From NCBI GenBank assembly GCA_951406725.2, contig OX597820.1:20584001-20648000 (forward strand): DNA of 64,000 nt, in the 5' to 3' direction. The stretch is from Octopus vulgaris. Lineage: Eukaryota. The notes beneath the pieces are model-generated. The model saw only the letters and a program-made list of their open reading frames with translations, was not told the DNA's origin and searched no databases. How positions within the stretch are numbered: the stretch's first letter is position 1; every line of letters starts with the position of its first letter. Position numbers and translations under genes: made by a program. This document shows, piece after piece, positions 24,648-38,170 of the stretch.

Positions 24648-25261
24648 AAATACACACACGCACATATATCTGTGTAAGTATATATATATATATTTGTACA
24701 CGTTCACAGACATACATGTATACATATATACTTATAAGTAAGTGTTTGCATGTTAATACAATATATTAATAATGTGAAATTCAATGTAGTACTAATGTCA
24801 CGACAAATTAGTTTTCTTCAAAAATTTGATACGAGCAGTAACTACTATTATGCTTTTAAAGTGTTCTTGGAAATTATATTGCACAATTCGACGATATTCA
24901 ATTCGATTAATATCAATTTGGCTTATTTTCATCTTGATCAATATAGATATTTAGAATACTTTTCTGCATCATGAAATTCCTAAGTTCCATATAAATTGCA
25001 GTGGAGTCAATAATTGTATCTCTTTCTTGTGAGCTTGGGTGTATTATTTTGAAAGTATGGTGCATTCTACTCAATCATTCTCTATTCAGACTGACGGGTG
25101 TAGTTAATTTACACACACACACACACATTATAAATATATATATATGATATATGTATGTATAATATATATATATGCATATACATATGTGTGAGTGTGGGTG
25201 TGGGTGTGGGTGTGTGTGTGCGAGCAATATTCATATGTATATATGCATATATATATATAGA

Positions 25262-25557
25262 GATCACCGTGACCTACCAAGCTATCGGATGTTGCTAAGC
25301 ATCGCTGGTCACAATGCGCTTCCTAGTGTTTTAACCTTCAAATGACGCCACTCCGCTGGCTAAGCGAGCGGGCCAACAGAAGAAAGAGTGAGAGAAATTT
25401 GTAGGGAAAGAGTACAGCGGGAGTCACCACCACCACCTGCCGGAGCCTCGTGGAACTTTAGGTGCTTTCGCTAAATAAACATTCACAACGCCCGGTCTGG
25501 GAATCGAAACCGCGACCGCAAGTCCACTGCCCTAACTACTGGGCCATTGCGCCTCCA
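25262..25557 (-). mobile_element. SINE with a family C head and a different 3' tail
   Basis: Reverse complement begins ggaggcgcaatggcccagtagttagggcagtggacttgcgg; the body is shared with 20665 but the tail differs. Confidence 0.75.
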
Positions 25558-25559
25558 TG

Positions 25560-25590
<31 letters not shown>

Positions 25591-25629
25591 GTACACATAT
25601 ATATGTGTGTGTGTGTGTGTGTGTGTATA

Positions 25630-26937
25630 AGAGCTGGTATCAAAAAGTTGCCGGACTAGTTATGTTTGATAAAAATAACTTATTTACCTAAGTTTTAACA
25701 TCATCCCCTTCGAAACGCCTGTCCCAGCATTTCTGCCACTTTTGGAATCCGGCTTGGAAGTTGTTTTCCGTAAGCGATTCGCTCTGGAGTTCGAGAACAG
25801 TGTTAAAACGGTGACCTTTGGGCTGCACTTGGGGAAGAGATGGAAGTCCGCAGGTACTAAATCTGGCGAATAGGGTGGGTACAGAGGGGCTATGTTTTTG
25901 GCCAGAAACTCACAAGTGGGGAGAGCTCACTGACAGGAGGCATTGTCGTCATGAAGAATACAACTTTTCGCACTCCACTCATCCGGTTGCTTTCACCGAA
26001 TGTCCTCTCTGTCAGACGCTTTAAAACGTCGCGGTAGAATTCTCGATTGACAGTCTGGTCCTGGGAGAAGAATTCTCGATGTGAAAAAAAATAACGATGA
26101 CAATGGTCTTGACTGAGATGCTGCTCTGCCGTGCCTTCTGTCGTAGAGATTATTTCTTTACTGCCTACAAAGGGCTACACACAGAGAGGACTAACAAGGA
26201 CAGACAAACGGATTAAGTCGATTATATCGACCCCAGTGCGTAAATGGTACTTAATTTATCGACCCCGAAAGGATGAAAGGCAAAGTCGACCTCGGCGGAA
26301 TTTGAACTCAGAACGTAGCGGCAGACGAAATGCCTATTTCTTTACTATCCACAAGGGGCTAAACACAGAATGGACAAACAAACGGATTTAGTCGATAACA
26401 TCGACCCCAGTACGTAACTGGTACTTAATTTATCGACCCCGAAAGGACGAAAGGCAAAGTCGATCTCGGCGGAATTTGAACTCAGAACGTAACGGCAGAC
26501 GAAATACCGCTAAGCATTTCGCCCGGCGTGCTAACGATTCTGCCAACTCGGGTATGACGCTGGTGACAGGTGTTCCAAATCACTCATCGTCTTCTAGGGA
26601 CGTTCTTCCGGATTTGAAGCATCCGTGCCGCTCGAAACATTGTGTACGACCCACTGCCTCGTCGCCGTAACCTTGCTGAAGCATATTCAATGCCTCTGTA
26701 GAAGACTTCCCAAGTTTAACGCAAAACTTCATGTTGGCTCCATGACTCAGTCAGAGACTACAGCATACACGTGATCACAAAAACACTAATTTTACAACTT
26801 GCAAGGTAGACACAGCAATGTCACTCAGCACTAAGTCTTATGAAGATCAATGCTAACCCTCAGTGCGCACACACCCGTGTGATGACATCTGTTGGCACGC
26901 TACAGAACTAGTTCGGGAACTTTTCGATACCACCTCG
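25630..26937 (-). mobile_element. Internally deleted mariner transposon, interrupted by a family A SINE dimer (about 26148-26550)
   Basis: TIRs (ta)agagctggtatcaaaaagttgccggactagtt / aactagttcgggaacttttcgataccacctcg(ta); minus-strand peptides MKFCVKLGKSSTEALNMLQQGYGDEA, LHDDNA, PPYSPDLVPADFHLFPK and FQKWQKCWDR. Confidence 0.88.
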
Positions 26938-27366
26938 TATATATCTTTCTTTTACTTGTTACAATCATTGGACTGCAGCCATACTCTCGGCAACGTATCG
27001 AAGGGTTTTAGTTGAAGAAATCAATCCTAGTACTTGCTTTTTAAATCCCAGTTTTTATTATGTCGCTCTTTTTTGTCGAGCCGCTATGTTACTTACGTGC
27101 GTATTTCCGTGTCTATGCATATGTGTGCATACACACACACACACACACGTATATATATACATATATATATATATATATAATATATATATAATATATATAA
27201 TATATATACTATGCATATATATTCATACATATGTATCTATATCTATATCTATATGAATATATACTCATACCACACATAACATATATATGCATACGTATGC
27301 ATATCTACATCTACATATATACACACATAATATATATATATATATAAGCATATATATGCATACATT

Positions 27367-27397
<31 letters not shown>

Positions 27398-27672
27398 ATT
27401 CATGTATATATAATAGAAACAGGTTTCAAAGAAAAAAGACTACACGTGGGATAAATATGAGAAAAGTAAAAAGAAATAAAGAGAATGTACACTAGATATA
27501 AAAAGAAAGATCTATACATATAAATAAATGATTTCAGGTGAAATTAAAAAGTATAAAAATCATTATTGTGATTAAATATAGAAAGTCATACCGGTTTCGT
27601 CAACGCTGTTCACTGACTTCTGACTTTGAATCAACGTGTGTGTGTGTGTATCTATCTATCTATCTATCTATA

Positions 27673-27727
<55 letters not shown>

Positions 27728-28440
27728 ATATATATATATATATATATATACATAAATATGACGGGCTTCTTTCAGTTTCCACTCACCTATTTTTTTGTGC
27801 GGACTCCGGAGGAATGAAAGACAAATCTGACCTCAGAACGTAAAGAGCCCGAATATCGCAGAGCATAAATTTGTAAATTCAGCGATTCAAACTATAACAC
27901 TGGATATGCATTTACAACATTTTCTCCTCAGTTGGTTATGCTTTTCCAAAAAGGAGCAATACAAAAAATATATGGAGTGTAAATCACTTAGCAACAACAT
28001 TTTATACTCACAAGGCTTTGGTCGGCCCAAGGCTATAGCAGAAGACACTTGCTCAAGGTGCCACGCAGTGGAATATATACACAAACACATAGAATCACAC
28101 ATGTAAATACATGCATTCATATGTACTTACATATAAACATACAAGTTCAATGGCCGCCATGGTAAAATCTTTTATTCAACTTAATGCTGAGCCGGTCGTA
28201 AGTTTCATAAGCTTCTTTAAGTATGTAAACAGTAGGTCTAGGTTTTTTTTTAAATAAGTGTTTTTGAAAGATTAAGTGTGCTTTTGAAGTCTACAATACT
28301 TATTATTAGTGTACGGAAATTAATTAGTATTTTATATTAATAAATATGAAAAGAGTCTACGGAGCTTTTTGGTGCTTGTATGGCATTAGAATTAGGATGT
28401 TATATCGATAAAAAGAGGACATTTTACATTAAAGGTATCG

Positions 28441-28505
<65 letters not shown>
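28441..28505. repeat. (TAG)n microsatellite
   Basis: Read directly. Confidence 0.95.
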
Positions 28506-28506
<1 letters not shown>

Positions 28507-28695
28507 TGCTGCAACAAGGACAATGAGTTGATCTGGTGTCGATAGGTGAGTGACTGAATGAAGGTGGACAGAAATATTCAACAACGTCTTTGAAGTATAT
28601 GAAGAAGTATATGTTTCAAAGTGTGTGAGTACGTATATATGAGCTTGTGCATGTATGTGTGCGTGTGGAATATACATGCGTATGTATGCATATTG

Positions 28696-28731
<36 letters not shown>

Positions 28732-28743
28732 CATAATACATAG

Positions 28744-28781
<38 letters not shown>

Positions 28782-28967
28782 TATACATATGTATATATAT
28801 ATACACATATATATACATACACACATATATATATACATACCTATATACACACACGCACACACATGCCCACACATATACACATACATATATATGTATATAT
28901 GCATATATATATATATATAAGCATATATGTATATACGCCTACGCACACACGCACACACATATATATG

Positions 28968-29002
<35 letters not shown>

Positions 29003-29049
29003 GTATATATATGTGTGTATATATATATATATATACGTATGTATTATGT

Positions 29050-29098
<49 letters not shown>

Positions 29099-29126
29099 CA
29101 ATATGCATACATACGCATGTATATTC

Positions 29127-29195
<69 letters not shown>

Positions 29196-29821
29196 AGGAC
29201 ACATGTGTGTTAAATTCAGCTTTCTAATTTGCTTTTGTTAAAGATTCCATGATTTTTTTTGTATGTGTTGAATTCTGTGCAAAATTATAACGTTGTTACT
29301 AAGTGCTTAACACTCCATATATTTTATATATTACTCCCTTTTGGAAAAACATAACCAACTGAGAAGAAAATGTTGTAAATGCATGTCCAATCTTACAGTT
29401 TGAATGACTAAATTTACAAATTTATGCTCTGCGATATTCAGGCTCTTTACGTTCTGAGGTCAGCTTTATCTTTCATTCTCTCGGGGACAGCACAATAAAA
29501 TGTGTGAAGCATTGTCTAAGAAATAATCGGCTAATTTTTCCCAGTGGCAATGTTAGAAATAATACTTTGTATGTTTGGATCAAAGTCAGTAATTTTAGAG
29601 GGGGTTGTATTCGACGATTCCTTCCACACCAGTACTTGACTGGTACTTTATTTTTATTGACTTCCATTGGATTGAAGGCAAGCTTGATCTTTGACTTTCA
29701 TCCTTTTGGGGGCCAATAGAATAAAGTATCAGTCAAGTACTGGAGTCTTCTAGACTCTTCTCCCCAAACTTTTGTCCTGTACCAAAATTAGAAAGGTTTC
29801 TTTCAATATTCTTTATTGTTT

Positions 29822-30460
29822 AAGGAGGCGAGCTGGTAGAAACGTTAGCACGCCGTTTGTCTGTCCTTGTTTGTCCTCACTGTGTTTAGCCCCTTGTGGG
29901 TAGTAAAGAAATAGGTATTTCGTCTGCCGCTACGTTCTGAGTTATAATTCCACGAGGTCGACTTTGCCTTTCATCCTTTCGGGGTCGATTAAATAAGTAC
30001 CAGTTACGCACTGGGGTCGATATAATCGACTTAATCCGTTTGTCTGTTCTTGTTTGTCCCCTCTGTGTTTAGCCCTTTGTTGGTAATAAAGAAATAGGTA
30101 TTTCGTCCGTCTTTTACATTCTGACTTTAAATTCCGCCGAGGTCGACTTCGCCTTTCATCCTTTCGGAGTCGATAATTTAAGTACCGGTTGCGAACTGGG
30201 GACGATCTAATCGTCTGGCCTCCTCCCCCAAAATTTCGCGCCTTGTGCCTAGAGTAGAAAAGAATCGTTAGCAGACCTGATAAAATGCTTAGCAGCCTTT
30301 CATTTGACTCTACCGTCTGAGTTCAAATCCCAACTACGGTCGACTTTGCCTTTTATCCTTTCGGGAGTAGTTAAATAAAAACCAGTTTAGCACTGGGTCG
30401 AATGTAATTTGCCTAGCCTTTTCTTATCACATTTCAGGCCTTTTGCCTATAGTGGAAAAA
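29822..30460 (+). mobile_element. Cluster of family A SINE units with alternative tails
   Basis: Head, deleted first unit, full unit, then units ending ccttgtgcctagagtagaaaag. Confidence 0.8.
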
Positions 30461-30478
30461 GTTATTATTATTATTATT

Positions 30479-30910
30479 CAGTAGTTTTATTTTTATAGCG
30501 TGCTTTCACTTCACTACCGAGCGCAGCTCTGTGTGCCTTAGGTATGTGCTGTGATTTGTTGTGATGCTCTGATGGTTATTGTATGGAAAGTGTTCTGCGT
30601 AGGATGTGTGCAGTGCCTAGTAGTGCAATTTTCTGTATGTTATATGTGTTTGTAAGTCCTGGTGTTTTTGTTATGTATTTGTCTGAATATTTTTTTATCA
30701 TGCCTAATGCACCTACTATGATAGGAATTGTTTCTGTTTTTAGATTCCACATTCTGGTTACCTCTATTTCCAGGTCTTTGTATTTTGAGAGTTTCTCCAT
30801 TTCTTTTAGAGACACGTTGTCATCTGCCGGTATTGATACATCAATTAGAAAGCATTTTTTTCCTTCATGATCTCTGACAACTATATCTGGTCTGTTGGCC
30901 TTAATTTCTC

Positions 30911-30911
<1 letters not shown>
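30479..30911 (-). mobile_element. 5'-truncated Dong/R4-clade non-LTR retrotransposon (restriction-like endonuclease C-terminus and 3' UTR) inserted in (TAA)n
   Basis: ANRPDIVVRDHEGKKCFLIDVSIP...KEMEKLSKYKDL...IPIIVGALG...QKIALLGTAHILRRTL* (RPD..D..K REL motif), open frame to the stop at 30576; (TTA)n on both sides. Confidence 0.88.
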
Positions 30912-30972
<61 letters not shown>

Positions 30973-30996
30973 TTCTTCTTCTTCTTCTTCTTCTTC

Positions 30997-31060
<64 letters not shown>
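30912..31060. repeat. (TTA)n-(TTC)n-(TTA)n compound microsatellite
   Basis: Read directly. Confidence 0.95.
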
Positions 31061-31440
31061 GTTGCAAAACGTGAGTAGGAATATAATTAAAAACATCAGT
31101 ACGACAACAATTTTGATGACGAAATCAAATTAACAATGGATGTTAAGACTGAACAGAGATAGTTCATCAATGATTGTAATTAAGAAAGTATATTCTTTAT
31201 TTGTCTTATATATTGATCTAAACGGATCATAGAAAATATCTGTTAACGACCTCTGAATACCAAAACTCACTGAAAACAACATATTTTTAGTTGTTTTAAA
31301 CGTAGGTGTAATCATGCATAATGTCTATCTGTTAATGCATCACAAGTATATTCAAAATTATATACGCACGCAAATACACCCACGCGTAATATATACGTAT
31401 GTGTGTATGTGTGTGCGTGCATTGTGAATAACTTCGTATG

Positions 31441-31504
<64 letters not shown>

Positions 31505-31539
31505 TATTTATAAAAGCATTCACACCTCCCACACACACA

Positions 31540-31572
31540 TATATATATACATATAACATATATACATGTATG

Positions 31573-31624
<52 letters not shown>

Positions 31625-31669
31625 CATATATATATATTGTGTATATATATATGCATATATGTGTGTATG

Positions 31670-31702
<33 letters not shown>

Positions 31703-31876
31703 GTATATATATGTATATATATGTGTATATATATATATGTATATATATATATGTATATATATGTATATATATATGTGTATATATATGTATATATATGTTA
31801 TATATATATGTATATATATATGTGTATATATATGTATATATATATATGTATGTATGTATGTATATATATATATATG

Positions 31877-31923
<47 letters not shown>

Positions 31924-31975
31924 GTATGTATGTATATATATATATATATGTATGTAATATATATATATATGTATG

Positions 31976-32012
<37 letters not shown>

Positions 32013-32017
32013 GTATG

Positions 32018-32076
<59 letters not shown>

Positions 32077-32085
32077 GTATATATA
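31540..32085. repeat. Long degenerate (TA)n/(TATG)n tract
   Basis: Read directly; source of the YI-repeat ORFs. Confidence 0.95.
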
Positions 32086-32509
32086 CTAAGTGGTGTAATG
32101 ATGAAGAATGGTATGTGTATATATATTACTATTCTTTGATCTTCGATATTTGTTCTTTCTTCTCGTTGTATTTTCTGTTCTTTTAATTTTGGCTTCCACA
32201 GAGAGATGAAACCCGCATATATATATTAGAAACAAACAAATGCCTATGAACATACCAAAAGGGAACGACCCATGTGTTTGCAATATAAACAATGGCAGTA
32301 AATAATATAAATTTGAGCGCATAACTACAAAATCACCCACAAGATCAACAAGAGCAAGGAAAACAATTAATATGAATTGATATGTTGTCTGTGTGTAATC
32401 GCCGTCGTATTTATGTTGATGATATTCCAATCCATCTGCGTAGATGAATTAAATGCATTATATCATGATATCATGATATATTTTTGTGTGTGTGTCACTG
32501 TACGTGTAC

Positions 32510-32554
<45 letters not shown>

Positions 32555-32712
32555 TAAGCCACCCATAATTGGATACAACTCACCCAACAAGAACTCACTA
32601 CTTGAACTAAACTTGACTTAAACAGGATTAGAATAATCCTATCAGGTGGTGCTATTAAGTTAGACATGGCCTGGACCAACCTTTGGTCGAAACATATCTA
32701 AGTTTTATCTAA

Positions 32713-33620
<908 letters not shown>

Positions 33621-34439
33621 ATCGATGTTTTATTGGAACCACACAATGACGGGGTCTGCTATCAGTTAGCATCAATCATCGTCAATCACATGTCGTCTGA
33701 AAAGAAATTCAGATGACATTTGAGAGAGCCAGCCATTAGACATGGCTGAAAAAGGAAGATGAAACCTTTTTGGAGAAGTGACGTGTGACAAATCAGACCT
33801 GTATGACTCCACAATTTGAATGATGATGATAACAAAACGAAAATAGATCTAGGATCTAATTCTAGTCAATCTATTCAGTAGTCCAGGCCTCCCATCAGTT
33901 ACAGGTACCGATGCACTGCAAAGCGGTGGTAAGACAGGCCCCGAAACAGTACTTATTCTCTTTTGATAGCTCCGACTTGCGCAAGAAACCTGTTTCCAAG
34001 TCTCATTTCATTTTACAGATTTAAAAGAATCTACACAGAGAATTTAATTTCTTCATCACGTGTTTTCAAACCCTATGACCTTTTTTGTCTAGGCACTGCT
34101 GATAACGCAAAGCAATGGAATCGCAAACACCATTCGTTCGGTATTTGTACGCATTATCGTTCTTCTAATGCTACCTTTTTCTACCGCTAACTTCATGTAT
34201 CACCATAAAAAATCAACTGGTATGAGGTCCTTTAAACGCAGAGGGGATTCTACTGAACTTTGTCCATCAAAAAACGGCCTTTACATTACCATGGTAGTGT
34301 GGGAATGAACCATCTTACTAAATATAAAACTAAATATCTTCAATGTCCTTTTAGATGCATGACAAATTGTCGCAGCTAGTTCGAGTAAATGAAATCAGTC
34401 GTAGAACTGTAAAAATGGTCCAATTAATTATTTAGTAAT

Positions 34440-34680
34440 AAACAGCACAAAACTCTTGGTAAATTAAGATGGTGTTCAGTGTGGTTGCAACGGTTAGTTG
34501 GGTCCAGCTTCATCATTACAAGCAATCTTTGTTGGAAAGTGCACGTTTTCTATATATCTTGGCAAGACGGCACGCCAAACTTCACTTTTCGGTACGAATC
34601 ATCTTCATTGAGGGCATATACTAGTCTTGGAATGTAGCGTTTCTAGTGACAGCACTTCAAAATGCAATTGACGCTTAATT
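34440..34680 (-). pseudogene. Decayed Tc1/mariner-superfamily transposase fragment
   Basis: Minus strand YIPRLVYALNEDD...FPTKIACNDEA (cf. YIPRLVHALNEDDxxRRxEFC...KIVWSDEA). Confidence 0.55.
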
Positions 34681-34704
34681 TTGAAATTCCTAACTAACAA
34701 CTGT

Positions 34705-35010
34705 GGACGCACAATGGCCCAGTGGTTACGGCAGCGGCCACGCGGTCGGAGGATCGCAGTTCGATTCCAAACTGAGCATTGTATGTTTATTGAACGAAAA
34801 CACCTAAAGCTCCATGTGGCTCCAGCAGGGGGTAGTGGCGACCCCAGTTATACTCTTTTGTCCCAACTTTCTCTCTTTCTTCGTGTTTCTTGAGTAACGC
34901 TGCGATGGACTGGCGCCCCGTCCAGCTAGTGGGAACACATACGCCACAGAAACCGGGAAACTGGGCCCATGAGCCTGGCTAGGCTTGAAAAGGGCGCACA
35001 AATAATAAAA
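34705..35010 (+). mobile_element. SINE family C
   Basis: Homologous to 20665-20969. Confidence 0.85.
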
Positions 35011-35747
35011 AAAAAACTAACAACTTGCTTGCCACATCTGATTTTCTTGGACTCTGGCAATGCCCCTCCAGTACTTTTGCTTACCTTGTGGGTCTCGTCA
35101 ATGTCCTTGATTTTCTGGAACGATTTTTTAAAATATTCTGAACAGTTCCATTTACTTGAAACATGTTTCTAACTGAAAACTTAATCTAGCTAGTTAGATT
35201 AATTTTTTTTTTATTTGTGACGTCGGTTTAGTGTAGCGGTTAGTACGGCTATATGGCTTACTGTAGCGAGACGTTCAAATCCCGTAGGTGATTTTACAGG
35301 GTTTTCCGTCCTCACATACTCTTAGATGGCGAATTATCAGCTGTTAAGGTGTGTTTACACTTTTGGGAACACCCTTTACACATACACACGCGCGCGAACA
35401 CATGTGTGCGCGTGTGTATGTCTCTGTGTGTGTCTATCTGAGTGTGTGCATTAAAAGGAAAATTTGTTGCAGGTTGTCAAGATCTTCCCCACTCTTTACT
35501 AATCTAAATACTGACTTCATTAGTATTTTTGTGCTGTTCCATTATTTAACCTCGAGTTAAACAACTAATTAAAACTGACACGTTTAACGTTGAAAGCAAC
35601 TGCCGGGTGCATCTGTCTTCGCACTTTAATCAGTGAATATTGTTTACACAATTAAAAATTTAAATTATAAACGGCAAAAAGAAACACACACCCTTGCGTT
35701 TATTAAAACTAATTAAAAAAACATATACGCAGATAAATCGTCTATTA

Positions 35748-36170
35748 TATACTTGTTTCAGTCATTGGACTGTGGCCATGCTGGGGCACTGCCTCGAAAA
35801 GTTTTAATCGAAGAAATCGACCCAAGGGTTATATTTTTTTACGTCTGGGACTTATATTATTGTCCTCTTTTGCCAAACCGTTACGGTGACGTAAACAAAC
35901 TAACACCGGTTGCCAAGTGATGATAAAGGGGACGCAAACAAAGGGACACACTCACGCACGCGCACAGAGGCAGACAGACACACACAGACACACATACACA
36001 CACACACAAATATATGTATACGACAGGCTTCCACGCTGTTTCCATCTGCCAAAACCTTCACAAAGCATTGCTTGGTAGAAGACACTTGCCTATGGTGCCA
36101 CGTAGTGGAACTGACCTCCAAAATATGTGGTTGCTTGCGAGCTTCTTAACCGTACAACCCTGCGTCCGCT
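35748..36170 (-). mobile_element. SINE family B, diverged
   Basis: Tail, CA tract and CORE-like segment are present. Confidence 0.7.
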
Positions 36171-36246
36171 TACATGACAAACATTAATAAAAACGATTTT
36201 GTGGGTATTAAAACCAACATAAAGATACATGTATGTTTGTGTAGTT

Positions 36247-36411
36247 CAATGGTTCCCAACCGTTTTATTTCAATGAGTTTTTCCACGGATCCCTTTTGAT
36301 ATGCTTATCCTTATCTATATATTTATTAAATTTTTCAACTTAGTTCACAGACCCCAAGTATTACCTTTGCAGACCACCAGGAGTCTGTGGACCCCTAGCT
36401 GAGAACCACTG
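36247..36411. mobile_element. hAT-type MITE (165 bp)
   Basis: TIRs caatggttcccaac / gctgagaaccactg; perfect 8-bp TSD gtgtagtt at 36239-36246 and 36412-36419. Confidence 0.82.
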
Positions 36412-36419
36412 GTGTAGTT

Positions 36420-37236
36420 CATGGATTTTCAACCATGCTTTAAGTATGGTCCCTTTTGATTTCTATTTCATTCAGGTGAACCTCCCCTCCTCTTTAGCCA
36501 TTCGATGTTTAGAAACTAGTTTTATAGAAAGGTTTTTCAAAATTCCTATTTTGTTTTCCACACACTATCCTGTGGAGGTTGAACTACGTAAAATGTTAGA
36601 CAAAGAAACTTGGCTGTTTCTTGCAATACAAGCCAATACATACATCTAAAGCAGGGCTTCTGAATCATTTTCTTTCTATAGAGCCCTATGAATACTATTT
36701 CATCCTGGTGAATACCCCCATAGCCATTGAATGTTTAAATAGTAGTTATATAGAAACCTCTTTCAAATTCCTATTTTGTTTTTCACACATTATCCTGTGT
36801 AGGTTGAACTACGTAAAATGTTAGACAAAGAAACCTGGTTGTTTCTTGCAATACGTACAAAGACATAGTGCTAAAGCAAAATTTCTTCAGGTTCGCAACC
36901 GTTTTTTTACCTATCGACCCTTTTGATTACTATATTATTCTAGTGGACCCCCATAGCCATTCGATGTTTAAAATCTAATTTTATAGAAAATTCTTTCAAA
37001 ATTCCTATTTTGTTTTTCACACCATTAACTTGTGTAGGTTGAACAATTTAAAATGTTAGGGAAAGAAACCCAGCTGTTTCTTGCAATAAATACCAATATA
37101 TACATCCAAAACAAAATTTTTTCAGGGGTCCTTAAAATACTATTGTGGATCCCCAATTTACTAATTTGTTGCGCGGACCCCACAAAATCTTATATTGAAC
37201 CTCAGGGGCCATATAGACCTCGGTCGAGAATCACTG
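36420..37236. mobile_element. Second hAT-type MITE with three internal tandem units of about 230 bp
   Basis: Starts catggattttcaacc and ends ggtcgagaatcactg; flanks are gtgtagtt and gtgttgtt; the unit tagccattcgatgttta...ttcctattttgtttt...ggttgaact...aaatgttag...gtttcttgcaata occurs three times. Confidence 0.78.
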
Positions 37237-37866
37237 GTGTTGTTTTTGATACAGCTAAGGATGTACTGCTGGACACATCACGAGTGTTGCGTCTTGGAGT
37301 TATCATACGTACGCATCGAATAAACTCAATTACTTTCACCCGCTTTGAGTCGATAAAATAAAATACCAGTTAAGTACTGGGTTAAACGGTGTTCGGTAAT
37401 CTCTTCCTTACAAAATTCTATGCTTTGTGTCTGAATCAGAAACCGTTATTCTGTAATGCAAATTCGTTAATTCCCACTGAGAAATAAACACTTTTCACAA
37501 AAGTAAAGAACTCGAAGTTAAGAAGAGTAGTTTTATCTTTTCTGTTTTGATCTGAAGTTGTATAAATAACATTATTAATGCCCCGAAGCAAACAGAGGAA
37601 ACCTGATTTACCTTTCATCCTTCAGGGGTCATGAACTGGCGGGCTGCGATTGTATAGATATTGTACCAGTTCTTTGTTCTTTTGGATTATTAGAATGAAA
37701 GAGGTAGTGAGCTATAAAATTGTTGCTTGACCTTCACCAACCCCAAAATAAGTAAAGCGATTGGCCTTCGTTGGCCATACATGTGCGTACGCGCATGTAT
37801 GTACACACATCAAGGCAAACGATGTCCATTTACAAAGATACTTATTATAAAATAATATAAATAAAT

Positions 37867-38170
37867 GGAGGCGCAATGGCCCAGTGGTTAGGGCAGCGGA
37901 CTCGCGGTCGGAGGATCGCGGTTTCGCATTCCCAGACCGGGCGTTGTGTGTGTTTATTGAGCGAAAACATCTAAAAGCTCCACGAGGCTCCGGCAGGGGG
38001 TGGTGGTGACCCATGTTGTACTCTTTCGCCCCCACTTTCTCTCACTCTCTCTTCCTGTTTCTTGAGTAACCCTGCAATTGACTGCCGTCCCGTCCAGATG
38101 GGGGGAACACATATGCCACAGAAACCGGGAAACCGGGCCCATGAGCCTGGCTAGGCTTGAAAAGGGCAAC
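37867..38170 (+). mobile_element. SINE family C
   Basis: Full head ggaggcgcaatggcccagtggttagggcagcggactcgcgg and tail gcctggctaggcttgaaaagggc. Confidence 0.87.

Noticed and set aside
33630-34330. Acidic, partly coding-looking stretch suggestive of a piggyBac relic
   Set aside because: No TTAA/TIR or catalytic motif could be identified by eye.
35221-35300. tRNA-like A/B boxes (tagtgtagcggttag...gttcaaatccc)
   Set aside because: No cloverleaf can be formed; probably a very old SINE head.
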